Virus record (IMG/VR): IMGVR_UViG_3300008448_013349
Location: 1 to 53,235 of that record
Strand: one strand, 5' to 3'
Length of the DNA: 53,235 nucleotides
Origin: a virus
Taxonomy: Duplodnaviria > Caudoviricetes
Shown here: piece by piece, positions 1-8,844 of the stretch
How positions within the stretch are numbered: the first letter of the stretch is position 1
How the letters are laid out: each line of letters starts with the position of its first letter
The notes under the pieces: generated by a model
What the model saw: the letters and a program-made list of their open reading frames with translations, nothing else
The model's database searches: none
What the model was told of the DNA's origin: nothing
Made by a program: the position numbers and the translations under genes

Positions 1-352
1 TATTTAAAAGCTCACCATATTCTTTATCAAATTCAACATACTTCGGATTAATTACTTTACTAATTACGTTACCCTCATCATCTTTAACCTCATTAAACAT
101 CTTAACTAGAATACCACCTTTCTCGTCTTCCTCACCATGTTTTTTGATAAGATCATCTCTTAGTCCGTCTACTTTTCTTCTTTCTTTAGATAAAACTTCA
201 CTAAGTTCTGTTAACTCATATTTTAGAATAATAGTTAAATTTTGCTTCAAAAAACCTTCATAAATTCTTTCTCCAGTTTCTTGGTTTACGAACCCGTTAA
301 TTTCGCTCTCAAGTTGAAGCACATCACCTAATTTAAATTTACTTTTTTCCAT
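1..352 (-). CDS. Hypothetical phage protein, runs off the window edge (3' partial)
   Basis: Not in the ORF track. Read manually: ATG at 352, MEKSKFKLGDVLQLESEINGFVNQETGERIYEGFLKQNL..., open to position 1; preceded by a promoter-like element. Confidence 0.8.
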   Translation of the reverse strand, partial: MEKSKFKLGDVLQLESEINGFVNQETGERIYEGFLKQNLTIILKYELTELSEVLSKERRKVDGLRDDLIKKHGEEDEKGGILVKMFNEVKDDEGNVISKVINPKYVEFDKEYGELLN

Positions 353-372
353 AATTTTAATTCTTGTTTTAT

Positions 373-401
373 AATATATATGTTATTTTTTAAAAAGTGA
401 A
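373..401 (-). promoter_or_regulatory. Sigma70-like promoter TTCACT-N17-TATATT
   Basis: Intergenic; same 17-nt spacing and TATATT -10 hexamer as three other sites in the window. Confidence 0.55.
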
Positions 402-405
402 TAGT

Positions 406-1410
406 TTATAGGATGGTTAAAATTGCAAAAGTTATCATAAGAGATATCCAAACAATTAATGCTTTTAAGTAGGTCATAAATCCAGTATGGAAATACTTTT
501 GACCTATGGGTAAGCACTTATGGGAGGGTGATATCAGATAAGCGGAATACTCTAACGTGAAGAATAGTACAAAATATTCCATACCAAATACTGTTGTTAA
601 TAAGCTAACAATACTAGCATATTTTGCTGATGACCCAAGTAAGAAAGAAGCCATAAACCCAAGCATAGAAACAACCAAGATACTCTCTGGATTTTTATAT
701 TGTTTAATATAGTTTTCAATATCTGAATAATAACTATTGGCTACGTTTCCTATTATAATAACCGCAGCAACAATTAACACCAAGTCCCAATTTATATAGG
801 ATAATAACTTATCCCATAACTTAGAATAACTAATTAAATAAAAGGTGAATACCGTAAATGCTAGAAAGTAATAGTCGGTAAAACAACTAACCAATATCGT
901 CGATAAGAACGGTAAAACCACCAGATATATGTTTTTCCAATTAATCGGTTCATCTTTAACATCAATATCAATCTCATCGTCTTCCAGTGATAAAATATAA
1001 TATGTGATATAAAGACCTGTGATTAATAACAGTGGCCACACATATAACATAAACTTAGAGTATGTCAATCCTAGTACTGCCATAGGAATGATTACAGTCT
1101 TTTCTAATGGGGACCATAGGTAATAATGATGTGTTGCAAGGTAATCGATGATACCAAACTTCTTACGTTTCTTATTATCAACTGGTGCGATACTATTAAG
1201 CATTGATGCGGATAGTGCAACCCTACCAGGAATTGGTAGAACACCACCAAATAATGATACTAAGAAGACAACCATCTTCTTTGATTTAACTTTTTGTTCT
1301 AAAAGTCTAAAAACGTCCATAAGGTATCCTCTTTCTTTGAGGATACCTGTGATGAACATAATGAATATTAAATAGACAAGGAACTCTTGTCCTTTGATTA
1401 AAATCTCCAT
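406..1410 (-). CDS. DUF401-like (ion transporter superfamily) multi-pass inner-membrane protein
   Basis: Many hydrophobic segments; GVLPIPGRVALSASM, HHYYLWSPLEK and SPSHKCL resemble DUF401 motifs (GLLPMPGGALFSAP ... SPxHLCL). Confidence 0.65.
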   Translation of the reverse strand: MEILIKGQEFLVYLIFIMFITGILKERGYLMDVFRLLEQKVKSKKMVVFLVSLFGGVLPIPGRVALSASMLNSIAPVDNKKRKKFGIIDYLATHHYYLWSPLEKTVIIPMAVLGLTYSKFMLYVWPLLLITGLYITYYILSLEDDEIDIDVKDEPINWKNIYLVVLPFLSTILVSCFTDYYFLAFTVFTFYLISYSKLWDKLLSYINWDLVLIVAAVIIIGNVANSYYSDIENYIKQYKNPESILVVSMLGFMASFLLGSSAKYASIVSLLTTVFGMEYFVLFFTLEYSAYLISPSHKCLPIGQKYFHTGFMTYLKALIVWISLMITFAILTIL

Positions 1411-2282
1411 CCGAATATAATTAAGGTTCTTGATTGTTTAGCGTCTTGATTTAAGCCTGGCATGTGCTCAATGTTTAGATAACCTTTGTTACTAAAACGA
1501 TATTGAACTAGTGGACCTAGATACCATTCTTGTGACCCCCCATCAAAATCATTATATCTAAACATGTGTGAGACACCAACGGATAAATCATTGTTAATGA
1601 TGTTAGCATAAGATGCGGTATATGCATACTCAGGTTCTCTTTGCTCTTTAGTACTTGCAAGATTACCTTCATAGATTGCATTAAAGCCCCATATGCCTCT
1701 TTCGCCAATTCTATCACCTAATAATAACTTAGGTTCAATACCCCAGCGACCATCTAACATTTTCATTTCGTAGTAAAGTGTTGGGTTACCCCAGATTTTA
1801 CCCCAATCTGCTAATGCATATCTAAGTTCCCAAGAGAAACCTCTCCATTTAAAAGTTTTGGCGCCATCCAAGCCATCATAAACTGTGTGAGAGTATAAAT
1901 CTAATTGAAGTCTTTTACCCAAACCAAATGTAAATTCATCTCTCATTCTGATTTGTGCTGGTCCGTTTCTTCTTTGTCTAATATCAAACCACTTCTCATA
2001 CATCGCAGTACCAGGAGGATTCATTACATAGACTCTTGTGGATGGAAACATTCTGATGGTAGTCCAAAGTGGTTGGCCATATGGCCCTACTTTGGTCATC
2101 AATGGAACTTTTTTAGCTGTTACAATAATCTCTTGTAACTCGTTTTTAGTTGTGTCCTGAGACTTTTTCAGGGCTTGCTCAGATCCCTGTTTGATCGCGC
2201 TGTTACTATATTGACCGAATGACAATGTAGCAACAAACAATAATGCTAACATTAGCGATAGCATTTTCATTGTTTTCTTCAT
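1398..2282 (-). CDS. Outer-membrane beta-barrel protein with Sec signal peptide
   Basis: Likely start MKKTMKMLSLMLALLFVATLSFG/Q at 2282; LQEIIVTA TonB-box-like segment; alternating aromatic beta-strands; C-terminal IFGWRF beta-signal. Confidence 0.7.
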   Translation of the reverse strand: MKKTMKMLSLMLALLFVATLSFGQYSNSAIKQGSEQALKKSQDTTKNELQEIIVTAKKVPLMTKVGPYGQPLWTTIRMFPSTRVYVMNPPGTAMYEKWFDIRQRRNGPAQIRMRDEFTFGLGKRLQLDLYSHTVYDGLDGAKTFKWRGFSWELRYALADWGKIWGNPTLYYEMKMLDGRWGIEPKLLLGDRIGERGIWGFNAIYEGNLASTKEQREPEYAYTASYANIINNDLSVGVSHMFRYNDFDGGSQEWYLGPLVQYRFSNKGYLNIEHMPGLNQDAKQSRTLIIFGWRF

Positions 2283-2317
2283 CTGTTTTTTTGTTTTTAA
2301 AGAAAGTTTATTACTAT

Positions 2318-2325
2318 CAAATATA
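2318..2325 (-). promoter_or_regulatory. Possible Bacteroidota-type -7 promoter element TATATTTG (TAnnTTTG)
   Basis: Lies in the intergenic gap upstream of the beta-barrel gene, after a T-rich tract; short motif in AT-rich DNA. Confidence 0.35.
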
Positions 2326-2349
2326 AACAAAAAAAACGAAAAAAAGAAC

Positions 2350-3015
2350 CTATTTGCCTATTAAAAATACACCTAATCCGTTCCAAAAATCGTCCGGATC
2401 TTCACCTGATGTGAATATTTGTTTAGAATGAAAAAGATTTAATTTGTTTTTATCTAAGAATTGTTCAAAGGCTCCACTATCCCAGTTCCAATCATCCATA
2501 ATTAAAATAGTTTGATCAGAAATAATTGGTAGCATGTTTGTTAATGCTGTATATTGATCGTGAAATTTTGTTTCCCCATCATAAAATATAATATCAACAT
2601 TTGGTAAGGAGCTAAAGTCAAATGTTTGATAATCAGTTTTATATACTGATATCTTATCTACATCACCGAATTTTTTAACATTATTTAAAAATTCTTCTTG
2701 TGGGATAATGTCAATATTGTGTTTATAATAGTTGCCAATTTTTTGACTAACACCTCTCGGGGTTAAATTTGGGGACATGAAATTATCAATCGCGATGGAA
2801 TAAATGTTGTTACCATATATTGCGGAACAAAATGTGGCACCACGAAAGACACCAACTTCAAGATATGTTGCACCTTCGATATCACAAATATTATTTAAAA
2901 AAGATTTGACTTTGTTACTTGTGATTCCATGTATATCTAAAATATCCTGTGTTAGTTTAGATACTTCAAGTCTACCCCACTCAATAGATTCATCAATATG
3001 TTTAATTAAGTCCAT
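2350..3015 (-). CDS. Class I SAM-dependent methyltransferase (Methyltransf_24-like)
   Basis: YLEVGVFRGAT motif I, DIIFYDG, ILIMDDWNW; likely ATG start at 3015 (MDLIKH). Confidence 0.8.
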   Translation of the reverse strand: MDLIKHIDESIEWGRLEVSKLTQDILDIHGITSNKVKSFLNNICDIEGATYLEVGVFRGATFCSAIYGNNIYSIAIDNFMSPNLTPRGVSQKIGNYYKHNIDIIPQEEFLNNVKKFGDVDKISVYKTDYQTFDFSSLPNVDIIFYDGETKFHDQYTALTNMLPIISDQTILIMDDWNWDSGAFEQFLDKNKLNLFHSKQIFTSGEDPDDFWNGLGVFLIGK

Positions 3016-4039
3016 ATGCTTTTTTCTTATGATCAGCAACAATGTCACAGTAATTACAATCCCAACATTGGAACTTACATTTCTTAATTTTATTTCTCCA
3101 ACCTTTTAATTCTTCATGTGGTATACCATCCAAATATATTTCTGATGTCTTAGATAATATTTCTTTACCTTGAACATATGAGTCAACAATTTCAATAGTT
3201 TCATCTAATCTATTAAAACTGTCTCTTCCATGCATTTTAAAGACATCAATATATTCCAGGAATTCATCAAACTCTTCTTTGAATGGTGGAATTGTTCCGG
3301 TTTTGAAAAAGAATGCGTTGATATCTTTTTCCCACTTGTGTTCACAGGTTACCTTAGATATCTCATGATGAAAATATGGTAACTCGTTGTTTGTTCTTAG
3401 GTTGTTATAAGAATAATGTTCATCCATTACTGGGCATCTACCTAAGCAGCCTTCATTAACAAGTAATGATAGTTTTACGTATCTACCTTTTTCTTCGTAG
3501 TATTTTAATTGTGCTCGCTTAATGTTTTTTAATTCCTCAACGTCTCTCATTAGAATTCGATCAAGATTAATGTAATCAAACCCTTGATCAGCATTGTACC
3601 AAAAATCTTGGCCGGTTGCAACCTTTCTTAAGATAGTGTTTTTAATTTCCATTTCTGGAAAGTGTTTCTTTAACCCCATTGCAACCCAATGTCCATGCGG
3701 AATGGTCATGCATCTTAATCCCTTTTCATATAAAGGTTTAAGGTTATCAACAAATAATTTGTAGTTATCAAACCTAGGAGAAACATTGGTATTATTAAAT
3801 GTTGCGCTCACAGTAATCCCCAAAGCTTTCTGTACAATCATTGCATTATCAAAAACAACATCTCTAAATTCGTCAGAGAACGTTGATCCCATTGCGTCTT
3901 GTGTAAATGGGGGTATTCTACAAGTAAAATAAACATCATAAATCCATTCTTTATTTCTTTCTAAGAATGGATAAAATTTGTTCACAAATACTTCTTCTGA
4001 AAGCATTGGATTAAAAGGGATTGAAAATATTTTTTTCAT
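3002..4039 (-). CDS. U32 'peptidase' family Fe-S protein
   Basis: LLVNEGCLGRCP, VTC and FKMHGRD motifs; C-terminal CxxxCxxCxxC; start at 4039 overlaps the upstream stop (TAATG). Confidence 0.7.
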   Translation of the reverse strand: MKKIFSIPFNPMLSEEVFVNKFYPFLERNKEWIYDVYFTCRIPPFTQDAMGSTFSDEFRDVVFDNAMIVQKALGITVSATFNNTNVSPRFDNYKLFVDNLKPLYEKGLRCMTIPHGHWVAMGLKKHFPEMEIKNTILRKVATGQDFWYNADQGFDYINLDRILMRDVEELKNIKRAQLKYYEEKGRYVKLSLLVNEGCLGRCPVMDEHYSYNNLRTNNELPYFHHEISKVTCEHKWEKDINAFFFKTGTIPPFKEEFDEFLEYIDVFKMHGRDSFNRLDETIEIVDSYVQGKEILSKTSEIYLDGIPHEELKGWRNKIKKCKFQCWDCNYCDIVADHKKKAYGLN

Positions 4040-5040
4040 TACTTTGATCCTTCTAAACATCCACCACAAATTCCGTTGCATTCGGTCTTATAAAAGACAC
4101 AATCTAAACAGCCTTGCGGTATTGTATAATTTTTATGATTTATGGTATAAAGCTCGTCGAACTTATCCCTTAGGTCTAATATACCGTTTTTTCCTGAGAT
4201 TTCCAAAACATTATCGATCTTTACTTTATCTTGTAAAGGGTAACAATGAATTGAGCTACCGTCGGGAAACACATCTAACGGCATAAAGCCACAGATGGTA
4301 TCATATTCTGGTATTTTAAATGTGGCAAAATTTAAAGAATTTTCTAATACAGCTTTCTTGGTTTTACCTTCCCATAAACATGGAGGTACTTGACAATCAG
4401 AAGTAATCTTAATACCGTTATATAACCCGAATTTAAGGATTTTGGTAATCTCGGCACCCATTTCTTTATTGTTAATCAAATACGTGCCAGTAAGATCTAA
4501 ACCAACTCTAATTGCATTTACTTTACCATCCAATTCATGATATAACCATTTTATATAATCATAAAAGTTTCTATCTTTCCAATCTTTTGACATGGTTATA
4601 GCTAAGTAAAGTCTAGGGTTGGTATCAAACCCCCAGGTATTAGCATAGGCTTTATAAATTTCTAGATAGTTCTTTTTAAAAATAACCATCCTGTTTTTTT
4701 CGTTTAATTCTGCAGCATTTGGGAATACCCATCTAATGTTTTTTATATTATCGATTAAATAATCTCTAGTTGTTTTACCAAATAAAAAATTACTAACAAG
4801 ATTTATCTTCATATTTTTACTGAAGATATAATCAAGTATATCAATAAAATTTGGATGTTGTGTTGGTTCACCACCTAGAATGGTAATTTCTTCTTGTGGT
4901 GTGTTTAAACGATAATGGTTGATAATTTTATCAACCATTTCTATTGTCATGTTACCTAAAGTATGTTTTAATCTTGCGTCTTCTTTAGTAAAGCAAAATG
5001 AACACCCTTTAGCGCACGTCCCATTAATTGCTAAATTCAT
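4039..5040 (-). CDS. Radical SAM protein with C-terminal SPASM domain
   Basis: CAKGCSFC, ILGGEPT; C-terminal CGFMPLDVFPDGSSIHCYP...CLDC...CNGICGGC. Confidence 0.9.
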   Translation of the reverse strand: MNLAINGTCAKGCSFCFTKEDARLKHTLGNMTIEMVDKIINHYRLNTPQEEITILGGEPTQHPNFIDILDYIFSKNMKINLVSNFLFGKTTRDYLIDNIKNIRWVFPNAAELNEKNRMVIFKKNYLEIYKAYANTWGFDTNPRLYLAITMSKDWKDRNFYDYIKWLYHELDGKVNAIRVGLDLTGTYLINNKEMGAEITKILKFGLYNGIKITSDCQVPPCLWEGKTKKAVLENSLNFATFKIPEYDTICGFMPLDVFPDGSSIHCYPLQDKVKIDNVLEISGKNGILDLRDKFDELYTINHKNYTIPQGCLDCVFYKTECNGICGGCLEGSK

Positions 5041-5780
5041 TAAAAGTCCATTTTCAGGGTTAAAGGTGTGAATGGCACATTTTCATCTTCTTTTTGTTGC
5101 TTACTCATAGCCACCCCAAATTTCTCATGTTTCAATCTATGGCAATCAGCAATAGTTTGACAAGCTTTAATTCTTTCTTCTAATAATTGTTGTTCTAATA
5201 ACAAGTTTGCTAATTTAGTATTATATGATGTTACGTTGTTAATAATTTTCTGAACAAAAGTTGCTTTGTCGATTCCTCTACCTGTAGATAACACATCTAT
5301 GATCGGTGTTTGATAATCACTATCTGCAGTCCAACCAAAAGCTTCTCTCTTTTGTTCTTCCCAAGTGTCTTTTTCTAATGTGGAAGCGTCAACCATTAGC
5401 TCTTTATATCTTTCAGAAAATCTATCCGCAACAACTTTTTTCATTACTGCTTTGTTGAAAGCAACACCAGCTGCTTTATCTTCATCGGTTAAAAAGTGTT
5501 TTACTTTTTCTTCATCTGTTTCTCCTGATTCAGCTAACTGAGGGATCTCATCCATGATGTGTGAATTTGTTCTAACACTGATATAATCTTTATAGATGTC
5601 AGCAAATACAAACCCTCTAGCAACTTCTGGTGGTATAATAATAGCCCCCATACGGTTGAGCTCTACTCTCATGTCATTATATTCGTCAGCAATTCTTCCA
5701 TAATTGTAGTTTAAGTACATACCCACAACATGAATGTAGCCCGGAACATTACCTTGTAATTTAAAAATAATATGCGTCAT
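5040..5780 (-). CDS. Tail-fibre-associated/assembly-like protein
   Basis: TWEEQKREA...TPIIDVLSTGRGIDKATFVQKI resembles proteins encoded next to phage tail fibre genes; lies downstream of the fibre genes. Confidence 0.45.
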   Translation of the reverse strand: MTHIIFKLQGNVPGYIHVVGMYLNYNYGRIADEYNDMRVELNRMGAIIIPPEVARGFVFADIYKDYISVRTNSHIMDEIPQLAESGETDEEKVKHFLTDEDKAAGVAFNKAVMKKVVADRFSERYKELMVDASTLEKDTWEEQKREAFGWTADSDYQTPIIDVLSTGRGIDKATFVQKIINNVTSYNTKLANLLLEQQLLEERIKACQTIADCHRLKHEKFGVAMSKQQKEDENVPFTPLTLKMDF

Positions 5781-6541
5781 TATAATAATTTTTCTGTTTG
5801 AATATTATTTGGTTTATCTAACTTCAATTGATTTTTTAATGATTCTTCAATTGAAAAGTGATTTGTTGTTGCTTGTGTCATTAATTGATTAATGTTTCTG
5901 TCAATTGAAATAGTATATGATGAAGCTAAAGATAATACTTGTTTTTGTTGTTCAGGATCCATCATTAAAATTGAATCTAGGTTACCCGTTCCAATTCTTC
6001 CATAAGATATCATATCGAGCATCGCTTGCTTAGCCATACGAACAGTCCAATATTCATGCTCATATTTTTCCTCTAATTCATGGTTACCAAATACATCAAT
6101 TAATTTTGTGCCGTCTGGTAAGATTGAGTCCTCGCTTTCTAAAAATTCTTTAATTAAATCAATGAACCCTTGTCTTTCTCTATAAGCGTCTCTTAAATTT
6201 CTTTTGAATTTTCTTAAATCAATTTGTTTATCAGCAATTGTTAAATCGATCATTTCTTTTCTTTTTGGGTCGGCTATAAATTCCTTACTTTCTTCATCCA
6301 TTTGGATTTCTAATTCCGCTTTTCTAACTGTATACTCTAAATGCTCTACAGCATCCTCTCTACCTCTTAATTCCAATAGCCATTGTTTTAATTTTGCGTA
6401 TGGGGTTATTTGTGCTCCACCAACGAAATTATATGCTTTATACTTTGGTAATGCGAAAGACATATTTTCTGAGATTTTCATCAATTTCTCATCGAATGGA
6501 TTATTTAAATTTTTTGCTCTGTCATATTTGTAACCTTCCAT
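5780..6541 (-). CDS. Coiled-coil hypothetical protein
   Basis: Likely start MEGYKYD at 6541 just after a promoter; charged heptad region LLELRGRE...FKRNLRDAYRE. Confidence 0.7.
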   Translation of the reverse strand: MEGYKYDRAKNLNNPFDEKLMKISENMSFALPKYKAYNFVGGAQITPYAKLKQWLLELRGREDAVEHLEYTVRKAELEIQMDEESKEFIADPKRKEMIDLTIADKQIDLRKFKRNLRDAYRERQGFIDLIKEFLESEDSILPDGTKLIDVFGNHELEEKYEHEYWTVRMAKQAMLDMISYGRIGTGNLDSILMMDPEQQKQVLSLASSYTISIDRNINQLMTQATTNHFSIEESLKNQLKLDKPNNIQTEKLL

Positions 6542-6562
6542 AAATAAAATTGTTTTTGTTGT

Positions 6563-6591
6563 AATATAAGTAAAAATTTTCAAATTGTCAA
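6563..6591 (-). promoter_or_regulatory. Sigma70-like promoter TTGACA-N17-TATATT
   Basis: Perfect -35 hexamer (6591-6586), 17-nt spacer, TATATT (6568-6563), 21 nt before the ATG at 6541. Confidence 0.75.
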
Positions 6592-7707
6592 CTATTGCCT
6601 CCAGCCGCAATGTCCTGATGATGTCCCCGAATTTACCGCTGGGTTTAATCCGGTTACACTAGAACTTCCACTATCTGTTGCATAAGTAAATTTCCAGCTA
6701 ACATTATTTTGTCCACCACCGTCATAACAGCCTAACATATATTGCCAATCTTGTCCCATAGTAAAATTCTCTTCCCCGCAGTTAGTGTGAGGTTTTGCCA
6801 CATTACCAATATTGGTATCGCTAGCATTGCTCCATCTTCTTAGATTATACCCACCATTATAACTTCCTTCATTACCTGCATATCCTTTACCATGTTTAGA
6901 GCTAATACCTTTTTGCTGAGCATGTGCACTCCAATGAGTTGATGATGATGGTGTCTCGTTTGAAAAATTAAATTTAATACCGGCACTAGATGTCCAAGCG
7001 TATCCAAAACTTTCATCAAAAAATGCTCCACCTCCATCATTTCCACTGATAGATGTTACAGCAAAACCACTTACATAACTTTCGTTCGATAAATTAAATT
7101 TTTCTATTGTTGTTGATCCTCCGGAAATTAAATAAGCCGCTTCAGTTTCTTTTTGCATAGTCGCAACGTCGCTTCGTGCAATACTAGTATTAAACTTTGA
7201 TTGATGTGCGTAATTGGTATCAGTAATCATATTGATCGCTGAAGTTCTTGTTCCGTGAATACTATCCGGACCTTTCCATGCACCATCATCGTTCACGGAC
7301 CAAACAAAGAAAATAGATTTGTTACAAGCGCCAGATGTATATGATGCTGGGTAATCTAGCAACTCGCCAATATGTGTTGTTTGATCGGTAAGGTTGGTAA
7401 CTTTGTGAACATTCTTCCATGGTGACGCATCTTTATAACCACCAGCCAAATAAGAATAGTTAATAATTTGTCTATATCTAAATGCTGTGGGTTGTGTTTC
7501 TTGTGCCGCAATTCTTTCCCAGCCATTATCGATATTTGAAACGCCAGTATATAACATCAAGTAGTTACTACCACTGGTTGTTGTTTCAAGAAATAATGAA
7601 CCTGAGCTTGGATTAGAGGGTCTGCTTGCTCTTGGCCCTCTTGGTGGTCTGTTAACAACTCTATCAGACCTTAAACTACCACTAACTTCTAAATTCTCGT
7701 ATATCAT
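6592..7707 (-). CDS. Putative tail/virion protein with kelch-like beta-propeller, paralog 3
   Basis: N-terminal VSGSL and PRGPRASRPSNPSSGSLFL fibre-type motif; repeated Y/F-x-x-GG...EKF blades; ends GTSSGHCGWRQ. Confidence 0.6.
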   Translation of the reverse strand: MIYENLEVSGSLRSDRVVNRPPRGPRASRPSNPSSGSLFLETTTSGSNYLMLYTGVSNIDNGWERIAAQETQPTAFRYRQIINYSYLAGGYKDASPWKNVHKVTNLTDQTTHIGELLDYPASYTSGACNKSIFFVWSVNDDGAWKGPDSIHGTRTSAINMITDTNYAHQSKFNTSIARSDVATMQKETEAAYLISGGSTTIEKFNLSNESYVSGFAVTSISGNDGGGAFFDESFGYAWTSSAGIKFNFSNETPSSSTHWSAHAQQKGISSKHGKGYAGNEGSYNGGYNLRRWSNASDTNIGNVAKPHTNCGEENFTMGQDWQYMLGCYDGGGQNNVSWKFTYATDSGSSSVTGLNPAVNSGTSSGHCGWRQ

Positions 7708-7719
7708 TTTTATATCTTT

Positions 7720-8826
7720 TTATGCTCTCCAGCCACAATGACCGGAAGATGTACCGCCATTAACACCAGGTGCCAATCCGCTTACGCTTGTTGTTCCAGT
7801 ATCTGTTGCATAAGTAAATTTCCAGCTTGTATTATTTTGTGCTCCGTCATAGTTTCCAAGCATATATTGGTGGTCTTGCCCCATGGTAAAGTTTTCTTCA
7901 CCACAATTTGGGTGTGGTTTAGCAACGTTACCTAGATTTGTGTCGCTAGCGTTGCTCCATCTTCTTAGATTGTATCCGCCCGAATAACTACCTTCGTTAC
8001 CAGCGTAACCTTTACCTACTTTAGAACTAATGCCTTTTTGTTGTGAGTGTGCCCCCCACATACCGGTTGAAGTAAATGTTTCTGAAGCAAAGCTGAATTT
8101 AATTCCTGCACTAGATGTCCATCCATATCCAAAGTTTTCATCAGAAAAAGCGGATCCACCATCACCACCATCTATTGTTGTTAAGTTATAACCGGTCATT
8201 ATTGATTCGTTGCTTAAATCAAATTTTTCAACATAAGAACTACCACCAGTAAACATGTATGCAAATTCAGTTTCTTTATGCATTGTACCCAAATCACTTC
8301 TTGCTGTTGTTATATTAAATTTTGTTTGGTGTGCATAGTTTGTATCATTTGCCATATTAATTGCTGATGTTCTCACACCATTAACATCTGATGGTCCTTT
8401 AAATGCATTATCGGTATTCACTGACCATACAAAGAAAATGTACTTACTACAAGCACCTGATGTATATGATGCCGGATAATCTAATAGTTCACCAATATGT
8501 GATGTTTGGTCTGTTGAATTAATTGTTTTATGTACGTTCTTCCATGGTGAAGAGTTTTTATACCCTCCGGCCAAATATGAAACAGCAATTATTTGTCTAA
8601 ATTTAAAGCCAACATTTGAATTGACTTGTGAGGATACTCTTACCCATCCACTATCACCATTATCTAACCCAGTATAAACCATGAGAAAACTACCACTAGC
8701 CGCTTGTTCCAAATACAAAGAACCAGTAACAGGACTGCTTGGTCTATTTGCCCTACTTCCTGCTGGTGGTTTTGCAATCCCCTGTGCTCTAAGTGATCCA
8801 CTAATCTCTATGTTATCGTGACGCAT
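7720..8826 (-). CDS. Putative tail/virion protein with kelch-like beta-propeller, paralog 2
   Basis: Colinear with both neighbours (YLAGGYKNSSPWKNVH, CGEENFTMGQDHQYMLG); ends GHCGWRA. Confidence 0.6.
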   Translation of the reverse strand: MRHDNIEISGSLRAQGIAKPPAGSRANRPSSPVTGSLYLEQAASGSFLMVYTGLDNGDSGWVRVSSQVNSNVGFKFRQIIAVSYLAGGYKNSSPWKNVHKTINSTDQTSHIGELLDYPASYTSGACSKYIFFVWSVNTDNAFKGPSDVNGVRTSAINMANDTNYAHQTKFNITTARSDLGTMHKETEFAYMFTGGSSYVEKFDLSNESIMTGYNLTTIDGGDGGSAFSDENFGYGWTSSAGIKFSFASETFTSTGMWGAHSQQKGISSKVGKGYAGNEGSYSGGYNLRRWSNASDTNLGNVAKPHPNCGEENFTMGQDHQYMLGNYDGAQNNTSWKFTYATDTGTTSVSGLAPGVNGGTSSGHCGWRA

Positions 8827-8844
8827 ATTTTATAAATACATTTT

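Noticed and set aside
2326-2349. Intrinsic terminator at the T-rich tract after the methyltransferase gene
   Set aside because: No convincing GC stem-loop precedes the T run.
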